In this document: one piece after another, positions 33,163 to 44,108 of the stretch | How positions within the stretch are numbered: the stretch's first letter is position 1 | How the letters are laid out: each line of letters begins with the position of its first letter | Source: an uncultured delta proteobacterium | GTDB taxonomy: Bacteria > Desulfobacterota > Binatia > JACPRU01 | Assembly (NCBI GenBank): GCA_963745025.1 | Contig: CAVUWD010000019.1 | Coordinates: 160,001 to 224,000 of the forward strand | Length of the DNA: 64,000 nt | Direction: 5' to 3' | Position numbers and translations under genes: made by a program | Notes under the pieces: model-generated | The model's database searches: none | What the model saw: only the letters and a program-made list of their open reading frames with translations | What the model was told of the DNA's origin: nothing

Positions 33163-33858
33163 ATGCGGCCGAAGGGATTGATCATCGCCATCGACGGGCC
33201 TGCCGGGGCGGGAAAGAGCACGGTGGCCCGAGAGCTCTCGCGGCGGCTCGGCTACGTCTATGTCGACACCGGCGCCATGTACCGGGTCGTCGGCCTGCTC
33301 GCTCGCGAGCGGGGCATCGGCCCCGACGAGGGGGCGCGGCTCGGCGAACTGGCCGATGGCCTCGACATCCGCTTCGAGGCGCGGCCCGAAGCCAACCAAG
33401 CGGTCTACGCCGACGGACGCGACGTGACGGCGGCGATTCGCGACCAGCCGATCGGCGAATGGGCCTCCAAAGTCTCGACCCAGGGGGAAGTTCGCGAGCG
33501 CATGGTTGCCGCGCAACGCCGCATCGCTCGCGAAGGCGGGGCGGTGCTCGAGGGTCGCGACATCGGTACGGTGGTATTCCCCGACGCCGACCTCAAGTTC
33601 TATCTGGATGCTTCCGCCGAGGAGCGGGGCCTCCGTCGCTACGGTCAGCTCCGCGAACGCGGCGAGCCTGCGGTGCTCGCCGAGATCGTCGCCGAAATCG
33701 CGGAGCGCGACCGGCGGGATCGGTCGCGCGCGCACTCGCCGTTACGTCGCGCGCCCGACGCCGAGCGAGTCGATACGACGCGCCGTTCAGCGGAAGAGGT
33801 CCTCGCGCTCCTGCTCGAGCGCTGTCGTGAACGGCTTCAGGGGCAACAAAAGCCTTGA
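33163..33858 (+). CDS. cmk: Cytidylate kinase
   Basis: IAIDGPAGAGKST, DTGAMYR, EGRDIGTVVFP. Confidence 0.96.
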   Translation: MRPKGLIIAIDGPAGAGKSTVARELSRRLGYVYVDTGAMYRVVGLLARERGIGPDEGARLGELADGLDIRFEARPEANQAVYADGRDVTAAIRDQPIGEWASKVSTQGEVRERMVAAQRRIAREGGAVLEGRDIGTVVFPDADLKFYLDASAEERGLRRYGQLRERGEPAVLAEIVAEIAERDRRDRSRAHSPLRRAPDAERVDTTRRSAEEVLALLLERCRERLQGQQKP

Positions 33859-33994
33859 ATCGAACGAGGCACAGATGTAGAGAAAGAAGGCTTAAGCTGC
33901 CGACGCCGCCGACAAGCCCGTACATTCCTGCCGTAGTGCTTGAGCGGTGACGAGCGTCTTGCGAGAAATCGGGAAAGGGGATCTCAAAAAATCA

Positions 33995-35750
33995 ATGGAT
34001 AGTGACAAGGACCAACATTCATCCGCGCCCAAACGCGAGGAGGTGGAAGATTTCGGGGCGCTGTTCGAAAACAGCCTGAAGACCATCAAGCCCGGGGAAG
34101 TCGTACGAGGACACGTCGTGCAGGTGACGCGCGATTACGTCACGGTCGACATCGGCTACAAGTCCGAAGGCCAGATCCCGATCCAGGAGTTTCTCGGCCG
34201 CGACGGCGACGTCGACGGTGCACGAAGGCGACGAGGTCGACGTCTACTTCGAGTCGAGCGACAGGAGAGAACGGCGGCATCGTCGCTGTCGCGCCAGAAG
34301 GCCGAGCAGCTCAAGGTGTGGCGCGACATCGAGCAGGCCTTCGAGGCGCGACGGCGCCGTCGAGGGCACGATCGTCGGCAAGGTGAAGGGCGGCCTCAAG
34401 GTCGACATCGGCGTCGCCGCGTTCCTGCCCGGGCTCGCATGCCGACATCCGTCCCGCCCGCAATCTCGATCGCTACATCGGCCAGCGCGGCCGCTTCGCC
34501 ATCCTCAAGTTCAATCGCTCGCGCGGCAACGTGGTCGTTTCGCGCCGCGCCGTGCTCGAGCGCGAGCGCGACGGCGCTCAAGGAAGAGACGCTCAAGGTG
34601 CTCGAGGAGGGCGTCATCCTCGAGGGCACGTGAAGAACATCACCGACTACGGCGCCTTCGTCGATCTCGGCGGCATCGACGGCCTGCTGCACGTCACCGA
34701 CATGTCGTGGGGACGGGTGTCGGCATCCGTCCGAGGTGCGTCAACGTCGGCGACAGCGTGAAGGTCGTCGTGCTCAAGTACGATCCCGAGCGCGAGCGCG
34801 TCTCGCTCGGCATGAAGCAGATCATGCCCGATCCGTGGAGCGACGGTCGCGCGAGCGCTATCCGATCGGCACGCGCGTGCACGGCAAGGTCGTGAGCCTC
34901 ACCGACTACGGCGCGTTCGTCGAGCTCGAGCAGGGCGTCGAGGGCCTGGTCCACGTCTCCGAGATGTCGTGGACCAAGCGGGTCACGCATCCGCTCGAAG
35001 GTCTTGCGAGGTGACAGGAGGTCGACGTGCAGGTGCTCGACGTCGATCCGCAGAACCGGCGCATCTCGCTCGGGCTGAAGCAGACCGAGCCGAATCCGTG
35101 GGAGATGGTGCGCGTCAACCACCCGGTCGGCAGTCACGTCACGGGGCAAGGTGAAGAGCATCACCGACTTCGGCATCTTCGTCGGGGTCGACGAAGGCAT
35201 CGACGGGCTGGTGCACGTCTCCGATCTCCACTGGACGAAGAAGATCAAGCACCCCTCCGAGCTCTACAAGAAGGGCGACGACGTCGAGGCGGTCGTGCTC
35301 GGCGATCGACGTCGACAACGAGCGCATCTCGCTCGGCATCAAGCAGCTGACTCGACGATCCGTGGGCGACGCGTCCCGCGAGCGCTATCCCGTCGGCAGC
35401 CGCGTGCACGGCAAGGTGACCAGCGTCACCGACTTCGGCGTCTTCGTCGAGATCGAGGAGGGCATCGAGGGTCTCATCCACGTCTCGCAGCTCTCGACCG
35501 AGCGCGTCGACAAGCCGCAGAGCCTCTACAAGCCCGGCGACGAGGTCGAGGCCGAGGTCACCAGCATCGACCCGCAAGGAGCGCCGATCGGCTCTGTCGA
35601 TCAAGGCGCTGCGTCGCTCGCGAGGAGCGCGCCGAAGTCGAGACCTACCTTCGTCGCGAACGCGAGAACGCGCGCTTCTCGTTCGAGGACATCCTGAGCG
35701 AGGAGTTGCCGCTCGACCGCGACGAGAACGCCGAGACGAAGAAGCCCTAG
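33995..35750 (+). CDS. rpsA: 30S ribosomal protein S1 (frameshifted)
   Basis: VDIGYKSEG and repeated S1 motifs ([59 protein letters not shown]) across frames. Confidence 0.95.
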
Positions 35751-35764
35751 GCTCCGGCGTCGCC

Positions 35765-36655
35765 ATGCCACGACGTCACCCGATCCTCAGGGGCCTGTTG
35801 GTTCTGTCAGCGATCGGGTTCGTCGTCATCGTGGCGCTCGCCGCGTTCTCCTATCTGAAGAGCGAGGGCATCGCCCTTCTCTCGAAGAATGCCGTGGCGA
35901 TCGTCACGGTCGAGGGCGTGATCGAGAATTCGCGCGAGATCGTTCGCACGCTCGACCGGTTGGCGAAGAACGACGGCGTCCGTGCGGTCGTGCTGCGCGT
36001 CGACTCGCCGGGCGGGGCGGTTGCTCCTTCGCAGGAAATCTACGATGCGGTGCTGCGCGTGCGCGAGAAGAAGCCGGTCGTCGCCTCGCTCGGCGGCGTC
36101 GCCGCTTCGGGTGGCTATTACGTCGCCAGTGGATGCGATGTGATCGTCGCCAATCCCGGGACGCTCACCGGCTCGATCGGCGTGATCCTGCAGACGGGCA
36201 ACGTCTCCGAGCTTCTGAAAAAGGTCGGCATCCAGGGAGTGATCGTCAAGGCCGGTAAGTTCAAAGACATCGGATCGCCGCTGCGGGAGATGAGCGAGGA
36301 AGAGAAACGCTTGCTCGATGATTTGCTGCAGAACGTTCATACGCAGTTCATCGCGGCCGTCTCCAGAGGTCGGAAGCTGCCGGTGGAGCAGGTGCGGCAA
36401 CTCGCCGACGGCCGGATCTATTCGGGTGAGCAAGCGCACGACCTGAAGCTGGTCGACCAGCTGGGCGGGCTCCGCGACGCGGTTCAGCTCGCGGCGGAGC
36501 GCGCGGGCATCTCCGGCGAGCCGAGCTGGATCGAGATCGAGAAGCGCCAGCCGCCGTGGTGGTGGCGGCGCCTGACTGGCCTCATGGAGAACGGACCGGA
36601 GAGCTTTGGCGGCCTCCAATTTCTCTTCTCCGGCCCCTGGGGCACGTCCGGGTAA
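35765..36655 (+). CDS. sppA: Signal peptide peptidase SppA (S49)
   Basis: LRVDSPGG, AASGGYY, TGSIGV, KAGKFKD, ADGRIYSG. Confidence 0.93.
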   Translation: MPRRHPILRGLLVLSAIGFVVIVALAAFSYLKSEGIALLSKNAVAIVTVEGVIENSREIVRTLDRLAKNDGVRAVVLRVDSPGGAVAPSQEIYDAVLRVREKKPVVASLGGVAASGGYYVASGCDVIVANPGTLTGSIGVILQTGNVSELLKKVGIQGVIVKAGKFKDIGSPLREMSEEEKRLLDDLLQNVHTQFIAAVSRGRKLPVEQVRQLADGRIYSGEQAHDLKLVDQLGGLRDAVQLAAERAGISGEPSWIEIEKRQPPWWWRRLTGLMENGPESFGGLQFLFSGPWGTSG

Positions 36656-36844
36656 TCCTCCCGCCGCAGAATGATGCGACCGCTTTCGCATCGTTGCGCG
36701 ATCGCACCGAGGGATGCCGACGCGGCCTGGCGCGCGACCCACCGCCGCGGCCCAGATGACCCAGATTTGCCATACCCCTCGCGGGTTGACGTCGGCGGGC
36801 CGACAGAGCGAAAGTAGCGAACAAATCCGAGGCGAGGGCGTCAG

Positions 36845-37189
36845 ATGACCAAACGCGAGCTGATCGACGAGGTGATGAAGCTCTACCCACGCTTCTCACG
36901 GCGCGACGCCGAGATCATGGTCAACGCCGTGTTCGACAGCATGACCGAGGCGCTCTCGCGCGACGAGCGCATCGAAGTCCGCGGGTTCGGTAGCTTCGTC
37001 GTCAAGCATCGCCAAGCGCGCGAAGGCCGAAATCCAAAGACCGGGGAGCTCGTGTCGGTGGCCGCCAAGCGACTGCCATTCTTCAAAGTGGGCAAGGAGC
37101 TGAAGCTCCGCGTCGACGGCCGGCCCGTTCCCGACTCCGATGACGGCGGCAGCACGATCAGCGGCGGAGAGGAATTCCACGAGGGCTAA
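36845..37189 (+). CDS. ihfB: Integration host factor beta / HU family DNA-binding protein
   Basis: MTKRELI, IEVRGFGSF, GRNPKTGE, FFKVGKELK; located after rpsA-sppA. Confidence 0.88.
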   Translation: MTKRELIDEVMKLYPRFSRRDAEIMVNAVFDSMTEALSRDERIEVRGFGSFVVKHRQAREGRNPKTGELVSVAAKRLPFFKVGKELKLRVDGRPVPDSDDGGSTISGGEEFHEG

Positions 37190-37273
37190 TGCCCTTCGTC
37201 GGCCGTTGCCTTCGATCGCGACCAACGGGAGCGATCTGGTTAATTGCCGCTGCGATCGGGCGTCGAAGACGCC

Positions 37274-37780
37274 ATGAAGGTGCTGTGGGCACCCTGGCGG
37301 ATGACTCTGATCTCCGCACCGAAGCAGAAGGGGTGTATCTTCTGCCAGTTACCGCGCGGCAAGAGCGCTCGCGACGGCTTGGTCCTCGTGGTCACCCGCT
37401 CCTCGGTCGTGATGTTGAACAAGTTTCCTTACAACAGCGGCCATCTGATGGTCGCACCGCGGCGCCACCTCGCCGATCTCGAGCGACTCACGGCCGCGGA
37501 GCGTCGGGAGATCGGTGACACGCTTCATCGCGCCGCGGCGATTGTCCGGCGCGAATTCCGTCCGCACGGCATGAACATTGGGATGAATCTCGGCGCAGCC
37601 GCCGGCGCGGGCATCGCCGATCATCTTCACTGGCACGTCGTGCCACGCTGGAACGGCGACACCAACTTCATGCCCGCGCTCGGCGCCGTGAAGGTCATGC
37701 CGGAGCACCTGCTCGAAACCTACGATCGCCTCCACACGCACTTCGCGCCGTGGCCGAGGAGAGCGCCGAAACGACGCTGA
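37274..37780 (+). CDS. HIT-family protein (Ap4A phosphorylase/FHIT-like)
   Basis: LWAPWRM, CIFC, LNKFPYNSGHLMV, AGAGIADHLHWHVVPRW.GD.NF. Confidence 0.9.
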   Translation: MKVLWAPWRMTLISAPKQKGCIFCQLPRGKSARDGLVLVVTRSSVVMLNKFPYNSGHLMVAPRRHLADLERLTAAERREIGDTLHRAAAIVRREFRPHGMNIGMNLGAAAGAGIADHLHWHVVPRWNGDTNFMPALGAVKVMPEHLLETYDRLHTHFAPWPRRAPKRR

Positions 37781-37791
37781 TTCCGGCCGGG

Positions 37792-37820
37792 TTGCCCCTG
37801 TGGAACGCGGCCCCTATAAT
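37792..37820 (+). promoter_or_regulatory. Sigma70-type promoter
   Basis: TTGCCC-17 nt-TATAAT, 33 nt upstream of the ATG at 37854. Confidence 0.65.
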
Positions 37821-37853
37821 CCCTCGCATCCGACGATTCTCTCGGCTCCGCAC

Positions 37854-39271
37854 ATGACGAGACCACAGAAGACTCTGGGCGACTTGAAGCGCGCCGGCAT
37901 CCACGTCCTTCCGGTTCGCGAGGAGATGCGCCGCAACCTCATCGATCGCATGACGCGCCGCGAGCGTATTCTGCCGGGCATCATCGGCTACGACGACACC
38001 GTCGTCCCGGAGATCGAGAACGCGATCCTCGCCGGTCACCACATGGTGTTCCTCGGCGAGCGCGGCCAGGCGAAGAGCCGCATCATCCGCGGCCTCGTCG
38101 ACGCTGCTCGACGCGGACGTCCCGGTCGTCGCCGGCTGCGAGATCAACGACGATCCCTTCGCGCCGATCTGCCGCGCGTGCCGCCGCCGCGCTCGCCGAG
38201 CGAGGGCGACGCGCTGCCGATCGCCTGGCTCGGCGCGCGACGCACCGCTACGGCGAGAAGCTCGCCACGCCCGACGTCTCGATCGCCGACCTGATCGGCG
38301 AGATCGACCCGGTGAAGGTCGCCGAGGGCCGCTACCTCGCCGACGAGGAGACCATCCACTACGGGCTCGTGCCGCGCACCAACCGCGGCATCTTCGCCAT
38401 CAACGAGCTGCCCGACCTGACCGAGAAGGTGCAGGTCGGTCTCTTCAACCTGATGGAGGAGAAGGACGTCCAGATCAAAGGCTACAAGGTCCGTCTGCCG
38501 CTCGACGTGGTCATCGTCGCCAGCGCGAACCCCGAGGACTACACCAGCCGCGGCCGCATCATCACGCCGCTCAAGGACCGCTTCGACGTGCAGATCCGCA
38601 CTCACTATCCGCGCACGATCGAGGACGAGATCGCCATCATGGAGCAGGAGGTGCCGGCGCGCGACCGCGCACGCCGCGGCCGCTGCGCGTTCCGCCGTTC
38701 CTGAAGGAGATCCTCGCCCAGCTGACGATCGAGGCGCGGGCCTCGAACGAGATCAACCAGTCGTCGGGCGTGAGCGTGCGCGTCACCATCAACAACTACG
38801 AGAGCCTTCTCTCGAACGCCGAGAAGCGCGCGCGTGCGACTCGGCGAGCCGGAGATCGTTCCGCGCCTCAGCGACCTGCCAGCTCTGTCTCGCCTCGACG
38901 GCCGGCAAGATCGAGCTCGAGTACGTCGGCGAGGACGAAGGAGGAAGAGGATCTGATCGAGCGTCTGATCAACCGCGCCGATCCTCAAGATCTTCGACAA
39001 GTACCTGAAGGTCGAGGAGCTGCAAGCAGGTCATCGAGTACTTCGAGGCGGGCTGGGGCGTCGAGGTGTCCGACACGATGCCCGTCGGAGGACTATCTGC
39101 GAGGGCATTCGAGCCGATTCCCGGGCCTCCGCGAGGGCATTCGCGCGCTCGGACCCTTCGAGAGCCCGGGGCTGCATGGCCGCCGCTACCGAGTTCGTGC
39201 TCGAGGGGCTGCATCTCCACCAGAAGCTCAACAAGGAACAGGAGGGCGCTCGGTACGTGTATCGGGCATAG
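37854..39271 (+). CDS. Mg-chelatase-like AAA+ ATPase (frameshifted)
   Basis: [66 protein letters not shown]. Confidence 0.88.
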
Positions 39272-39274
39272 GAT

Positions 39275-39333
39275 GGGCTAGGGGCTGCGGGAAAGGCATC
39301 ACAGGGTCTTTCTGTAGCCGGTAGCCCGTAGCC
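39275..39333. repeat. GGCTACn/nGTAGCC heptamer palindrome (REP-like)
   Basis: GGGCTAG GGGCTGC GGGAAAGGC..GTCTTTC TGTAGCC GGTAGCC CGTAGCC. Confidence 0.7.
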
Positions 39334-39342
39334 GGCGTTTCC

Positions 39343-40930
39343 ATGTTCCGCAGCCGATACACCCGCTGGGACGGCAGTCAGCGGATCCAGCTGACGCCGT
39401 CGCAAGTCTTCGAAAAGCTCTCGGAGTACCTCTCGTTCACCGACGACCTGCAGCAGGCGATGGACTGGCTGCTGCGTCAGGGAATGGAGTGGGAGGGTGC
39501 GCGGGTCGTCGGTCTCGACGATCTGCTCGAGCAGTTGCGCGAGGAGATGCGCAAGCGTTACCGCGAGTTCAACCTGGACCATTCGCTCGACGACGCTGCG
39601 CGACAAGCTCGACGGAGATCGTCGATCTCGAACGCTCGGCCCTGGAGCAGATGGGCGAACGCGGAAACGAGAAGCGCGAGTTTCTCGACCGGCTGCCGTT
39701 GCGCCTCGCCAGGCGATCGAGCAGCTTCAGCAATACCGATTCGAGGATCGCGACGCGGAGCGGGATTTTCGAGAACCTCCTCGAGGAGCTCGGTAACATC
39801 CGCGATCTCGAGGAGTTCCAGTCGGCGGTACGGGGATCTCTTCCACGGACAACAGTCGCTCGAATACGGCGAGGCCGTCGAACTGATGCGCGAGATGGAG
39901 CGGTTGAAGAAGCTCGAGGAAGATCTCTTCTCGGGGAACCTCGGCGGCCTGGATCTCGAGTCGATCCGCGAGCTGCTCGGCGCCCAGGCTGCGCAGGACG
40001 TGCAGACGCTGCAGCGGATCATGAAGATGCTCGGGGACTCGGGTTACGTCCTGCAGCAAAGCGGCCGCCAGAAGCTTTCGCCGAAGGGCGTCCGCAAGAT
40101 CGGGCAGCTCGCGCTGCGCGACATCTACGAGAATCTGCTTCGCGATCGGCTCGGGGATCATTCGGCGGACCAGCGGGGCCCGGTCGAGATTCGTCCGGAA
40201 GAGAGTCGCCCCTACGAATACGGCGACCCGCTCCACCTCGACCTCGTGGCGACCCTGAAGAAGGCGCTGACCCGCCGCCGGGGCACGCCGCTGGCGCTCG
40301 AGCCGGGCGACTTCGAGATCTTGCGTACGGACGCGACGACGACGACGTCCACCGTGCTGCTCCTCGACATGAGCTGGTCGATGAGCTGGGAGGGGCGATT
40401 CGCGGCGGCGAAGAAGGTGGCGATGGCGCTCGAGAGCTTGCTGCGCTCGCGCTATCCGCGTGACTACTTCGGCATGGTCGGATTCTTCACGCGCGCCGTG
40501 GAGCTCAAGCTGAGGGACCTGCCCGAGGCCTAGCTGGAACATGGGCGACCCGTTCACGAATCTCCAGGACGGCCTTCGGCTGGCGGGGGATCTCCTGGCG
40601 AAGCATCCGAGCCGCAACCGACACATCATCGTCATCACCGACGGACAACCGACCGCGTATTTCTCGCGGGGCCGCCTCTACTGCGAATGGCCGCTGTCGT
40701 TCGGCGGCATCAGCACGCGCGCCGCGGCGGAGACGCTGAAGGAGGTCGAGCGGGTGACGCGGCGAGGCATCGTGATCAACACGTTCATGCTCGACGACAG
40801 CCCACCGCTACGCGCGTTCGTCGAACGCATGACGCGCATCAACAAGGGCCGAGCGCTGTACACCCGACCGGACCACCTCGGCGAATACCTGCTGATCGAC
40901 TATCTGGGACGACGCCGGAAGAAGGTGTGA
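39343..40930 (+). CDS. VWA-domain protein, partner of the AAA+ ATPase (frameshifted)
   Basis: RYTRWDGSQ, YEYGD, LLLDMSWSM (MIDAS), TNLQ.GL, ITDGQPTA, INTFML. A +1 insertion at ~40531 produces the apparent TAG. Confidence 0.88.
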
Positions 40931-41073
40931 GCGCCGCCGCCACCAACCTTCCGTAGCGAGTCCGCTGCCCAAGAAGTCCGCTGGTCGAAGCCTCCCTCTT
41001 GCGCTTGAGGGACCCTTGACGACGCCAAGCTCGGTCTTACCTTGTGGTGCGTTGGGTGAACAAGGAGGTGTTT

Positions 41074-41520
41074 ATGCCGCTCATTCGATTCTCGCCCGAT
41101 CTCGATCCGGTAGACGGCTTGCTCTCATTGCAGCGGGAGCTGGGTCGCGTACTCGAGAGCCCGTTTGGTTCCGAACTCGGCCCGTCGGGTCGAGGGGTCT
41201 ACCCGCCGATGAACGCATTCTCCGACCGCGAGGACTACGTGCTTCGCATGGAGGTTCCGGGGATCGCCCCGGAGAATCTCAAGATCGAGAGTCACGGCAG
41301 GACACTGACCGTGTCTGGAAAGCGCGAGATCAAGACCCCCGAAAACGGCAGCTTCCATCGTCGTGAACGCGATAGTGGTGAGTTTTCGCGCTCGTTGCAG
41401 CTTCCGTCCGAGCTAGATCTCTCGCGGGCAGAGGCCTCGTGCAAGCACGGAATTCTCACGATTCGCCTGCCGAAGAAGGAAGAGGCGAAGCCGCGACAGA
41501 TCACGGTTCATGCCGTGTGA
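41074..41520 (+). CDS. Hsp20/alpha-crystallin small heat-shock protein
   Basis: AAGGAGG RBS; YPPMN, EVPG, RRER..GEFSRS..LP, GILTIRLPK.EEAKPR.I.V. Confidence 0.92.
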   Translation: MPLIRFSPDLDPVDGLLSLQRELGRVLESPFGSELGPSGRGVYPPMNAFSDREDYVLRMEVPGIAPENLKIESHGRTLTVSGKREIKTPENGSFHRRERDSGEFSRSLQLPSELDLSRAEASCKHGILTIRLPKKEEAKPRQITVHAV

Positions 41521-41557
41521 GAAGCGCGCCAACCGCTTCGCAAAGGAGGAAATGGGC

Positions 41558-41956
41558 ATGACGGAACAAGAACTGCCCGTACGGAGCAAGCAGGAAGTCA
41601 GCCGCGAGGAACCGACACGACCCGGCCGGACGTATCAGCCCGACGTAGACATCTACGAGACTCCTAATGCCCTTTGGCTGTGGGCGGACATGCCGGGCGT
41701 GGACGGAACACAGATCAACGTGAACCTCGCCGACGGCGTGCTGACGCTCGAGGGGAGGGTGGCTCTCGAGGACTACAAAAATCTGTCCCCTATCTACACC
41801 GAATACAACGTAGGGAACTATCTGCGCCGATTCATGATCTCGAGCGACATCAACACGGACGAGATCAAAGCGCGGGTGACGAACGGCGTGCTCGAGCTCG
41901 AGCTCCCGAAGACGGAGCGAGCGAAGCCACGCCGGATCTCCGTCTCGACCGCCTAG
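41558..41956 (+). CDS. Hsp20/alpha-crystallin small heat-shock protein
   Basis: P.VDIYE, ADMPGV, NGVLELELPK.ERAKPRRI.V. Confidence 0.92.
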   Translation: MTEQELPVRSKQEVSREEPTRPGRTYQPDVDIYETPNALWLWADMPGVDGTQINVNLADGVLTLEGRVALEDYKNLSPIYTEYNVGNYLRRFMISSDINTDEIKARVTNGVLELELPKTERAKPRRISVSTA

Positions 41957-41994
41957 TCAACGCGATCCACGACTCTGGTCCGAAGCTCCAATCG

Positions 41995-42025
41995 GGGGGG
42001 TAGCACCAGCAGCGGTGCTCCCCCT
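41995..42025 (+). terminator. GC-rich hairpin after the hsp20 pair (possible terminator)
   Basis: GGGG(T)AGCACC-loop-GGTGCTCCCC followed by TCTT. Confidence 0.35.
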
Positions 42026-42083
42026 CTTCGCATCTTCCGGGCCGCGTGGTTGAAGCGGATGAAGGACTTGAGGAGAGGCGAAG

Positions 42084-42422
42084 ATGAACTGGACTTTGGT
42101 CGGATCGCTGATGGCTCTGGTCAGCGTCGGTGCGGGGGCATTCGGTGCCCATGGTCTGAAGTCCCACATCACGGTCGCGCGAATGGAGACCTTCGAGGTC
42201 GCCGTTCGTTACCAGATGTATCACGCGGTCGGTTTGATGCTGGCCGGGATTCTCGATGCCCAGCAGGCAGGGTGGTGCTTCTCCGGCGGGATTCTAATAT
42301 TCTCTGGAAGCCTGTACCTCTTGGTCTTGACGGAGCAGCGCTGGCTCGGAGCGATTACGCCCGTGGGCGGCTTCCTGTTTCTGGTCGGCTGGCTGCTCCT
42401 GGCCATTCACTCGAAAGAGTGA
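42084..42422 (+). CDS. DUF423 (YgdD/TMEM256) membrane protein
   Basis: GAFGAHGL, YQMYH, FSGSLY, LGAITPVGG. Confidence 0.92.
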   Translation: MNWTLVGSLMALVSVGAGAFGAHGLKSHITVARMETFEVAVRYQMYHAVGLMLAGILDAQQAGWCFSGGILIFSGSLYLLVLTEQRWLGAITPVGGFLFLVGWLLLAIHSKE

Positions 42423-42449
42423 AATGAATCCCTGACAGAGTTCGGGGGC

Positions 42450-43994
42450 TCACTCAGGCCGCTCCGGAGCGACTGCGGGGTAGAGAGTCACGCTGCGGAA
42501 GGGCTCGCGACCGCGGCTCTCGGAGCCGAGGCCACGTTCCGCCGCGAGTATGTGCTGGAGCCTCCGCTCGGGCGCGGGCCGCGGCGGCAGTACGACCGGC
42601 CGATTCTCTGCTGAGACGGTCTCGGCGGCACGCTCTGCTTCGATTCGCGCCGCCTCGTAGGAGTGCTCGACCGCGAAGAGCCTCGACAGCAGCTCCTCGA
42701 TCTGCGCTTGCGTGTTGCTGCTGATGGCCATCACGGGAAGGCCCCGACGCTGCGCCTCGAGAAGCTTCGGCGGGGATTTACGGAGCAGGCTGCGCAGCGT
42801 CAGCACGAGGTCGGCATCCTTGAGATGAGGGGTGACGGCCGTCGCCACTCCGAGGGCACGGATCGCCCGCTCGAGCCGGCTGTAGCTCACGCCATAGGGA
42901 AAGATTCTCCGCGGAGCCTCGCTGCGGGACGGGTCGGCGGCACGCCCGCTTGGCCGGGCGGGCGGGGCGGCGGTGTGAATCTCGACGCTCCCATCGTCGC
43001 GCCGCTCGCGAATCTCGGGCGGCTCGGGGCGTCCTGCGAGCAGGGCGTCGACCGCCTCGGCAACGTTGTCGCAGACGGCGAACCGACGATGGCTCTGGAT
43101 CTCGATCAAGACGTCGAACGTCGGTGAGGCTCGGCGCTCGAGCACCGTCTTCTGGGTGCGGCGCCGACGCGCCTCCTCGTCTCCGAGCGTGACGGCTTCG
43201 ACACCGCCCAGGAGGTCCGCCAGCGTGGGATTCGCGAGCAGATTCTCGAGCGTCGTACCGTGCGCGGTGGCGATCAGCTGAACGCCCCGCTCGGCAATCG
43301 TGCGCGCTGCGAGCGCCTCGGCATGGGTGCCGATCTCGTCGACCACCACAACCTCCGGCATGTGGTTTTCGACGGCCTCGATCATCACCGAATGCTGAAG
43401 CTCCGAGGAAGGCACCTGCAGGCGTCTCGCCTTGCCGATCCCGGGATGCGGGATGTCGCCGTCCCCGGCGATCTCGTTGGAGGTGTCGACGATGACGACG
43501 CGCTTGCCGAGATCGTCGGCGAGGACGCGCGCCGCTTCGCGGAGAAGTGTGGTTTTGCCGACCCCGGGCTTGCCGAGCAGCAGCACGCTCTCGCCGCGGG
43601 CGAATAGATCTCGAACGATGTGAATCGTCCCGGTCACGGCGCGGCCGACTCGACAGGTGAGCCCGACGACCTCTCCGCGCCGGTTGCGCAGCGCTGCGAT
43701 GCGGTGGAGCGTACCCTCGATGCCCGCGCGGTTGTCGGACCCGAAGCTGCCGATGCGTGAGATCGTGTGGGCGATCTCGTCGTGCGACACCGGGTCACTA
43801 CCGAGCGGCCGTGCGCCGTAGGTGTAACGCGCTTCCGGAGCGCGACCGAGATCAAGGATGATCTCGAGAAGCGTGGACGGATCCTCGCTCTCCAGCGGAT
43901 GGCGCACGCGCTCGGGGAGCACGGCGAACAGCAGGCCGAGATCGTCGATCCGGACCTGCGCGGGCTCCTCGGGCCTAGGGTTGGTGGCGACCAT
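42450..43994 (-). CDS. Ycf45/SpoIIIAA-like AAA ATPase with C-terminal R3H domain
   Basis: LDLGR.PEAR, GKPGVGKTT.LRE, DTSNEIAGDGDIPH, EAVENHMPE, RRLQH, S.GREP.R.V. Confidence 0.88.
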   Translation of the reverse strand: MVATNPRPEEPAQVRIDDLGLLFAVLPERVRHPLESEDPSTLLEIILDLGRAPEARYTYGARPLGSDPVSHDEIAHTISRIGSFGSDNRAGIEGTLHRIAALRNRRGEVVGLTCRVGRAVTGTIHIVRDLFARGESVLLLGKPGVGKTTLLREAARVLADDLGKRVVIVDTSNEIAGDGDIPHPGIGKARRLQVPSSELQHSVMIEAVENHMPEVVVVDEIGTHAEALAARTIAERGVQLIATAHGTTLENLLANPTLADLLGGVEAVTLGDEEARRRRTQKTVLERRASPTFDVLIEIQSHRRFAVCDNVAEAVDALLAGRPEPPEIRERRDDGSVEIHTAAPPARPSGRAADPSRSEAPRRIFPYGVSYSRLERAIRALGVATAVTPHLKDADLVLTLRSLLRKSPPKLLEAQRRGLPVMAISSNTQAQIEELLSRLFAVEHSYEAARIEAERAAETVSAENRPVVLPPRPAPERRLQHILAAERGLGSESRGREPFRSVTLYPAVAPERPE

Positions 43995-44108
43995 CGCCGC
44001 CAGTATATCCTAGGCGTTTGATGGCGGAATTGAAAATCGGTTTTCGGTCGCGGCTCGAAGGCCGACGGACGTTTCGACTTTGGCCGGTCCTCGGGCTAAA
44101 CAACGGCC

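Noticed and set aside
33995-35750. Programmed frameshifting or true pseudogenisation of rpsA, relA and sdh
   Set aside because: There are too many scattered indels without slippery sites in essential or conserved genes. An assembly artefact is more parsimonious.
40531-40533. Apparent TAG in the VWA gene as pyrrolysine or readthrough
   Set aside because: The downstream part is in a different frame. Removing one T restores LPEASWNMGDPFTNLQ, so this is an indel.
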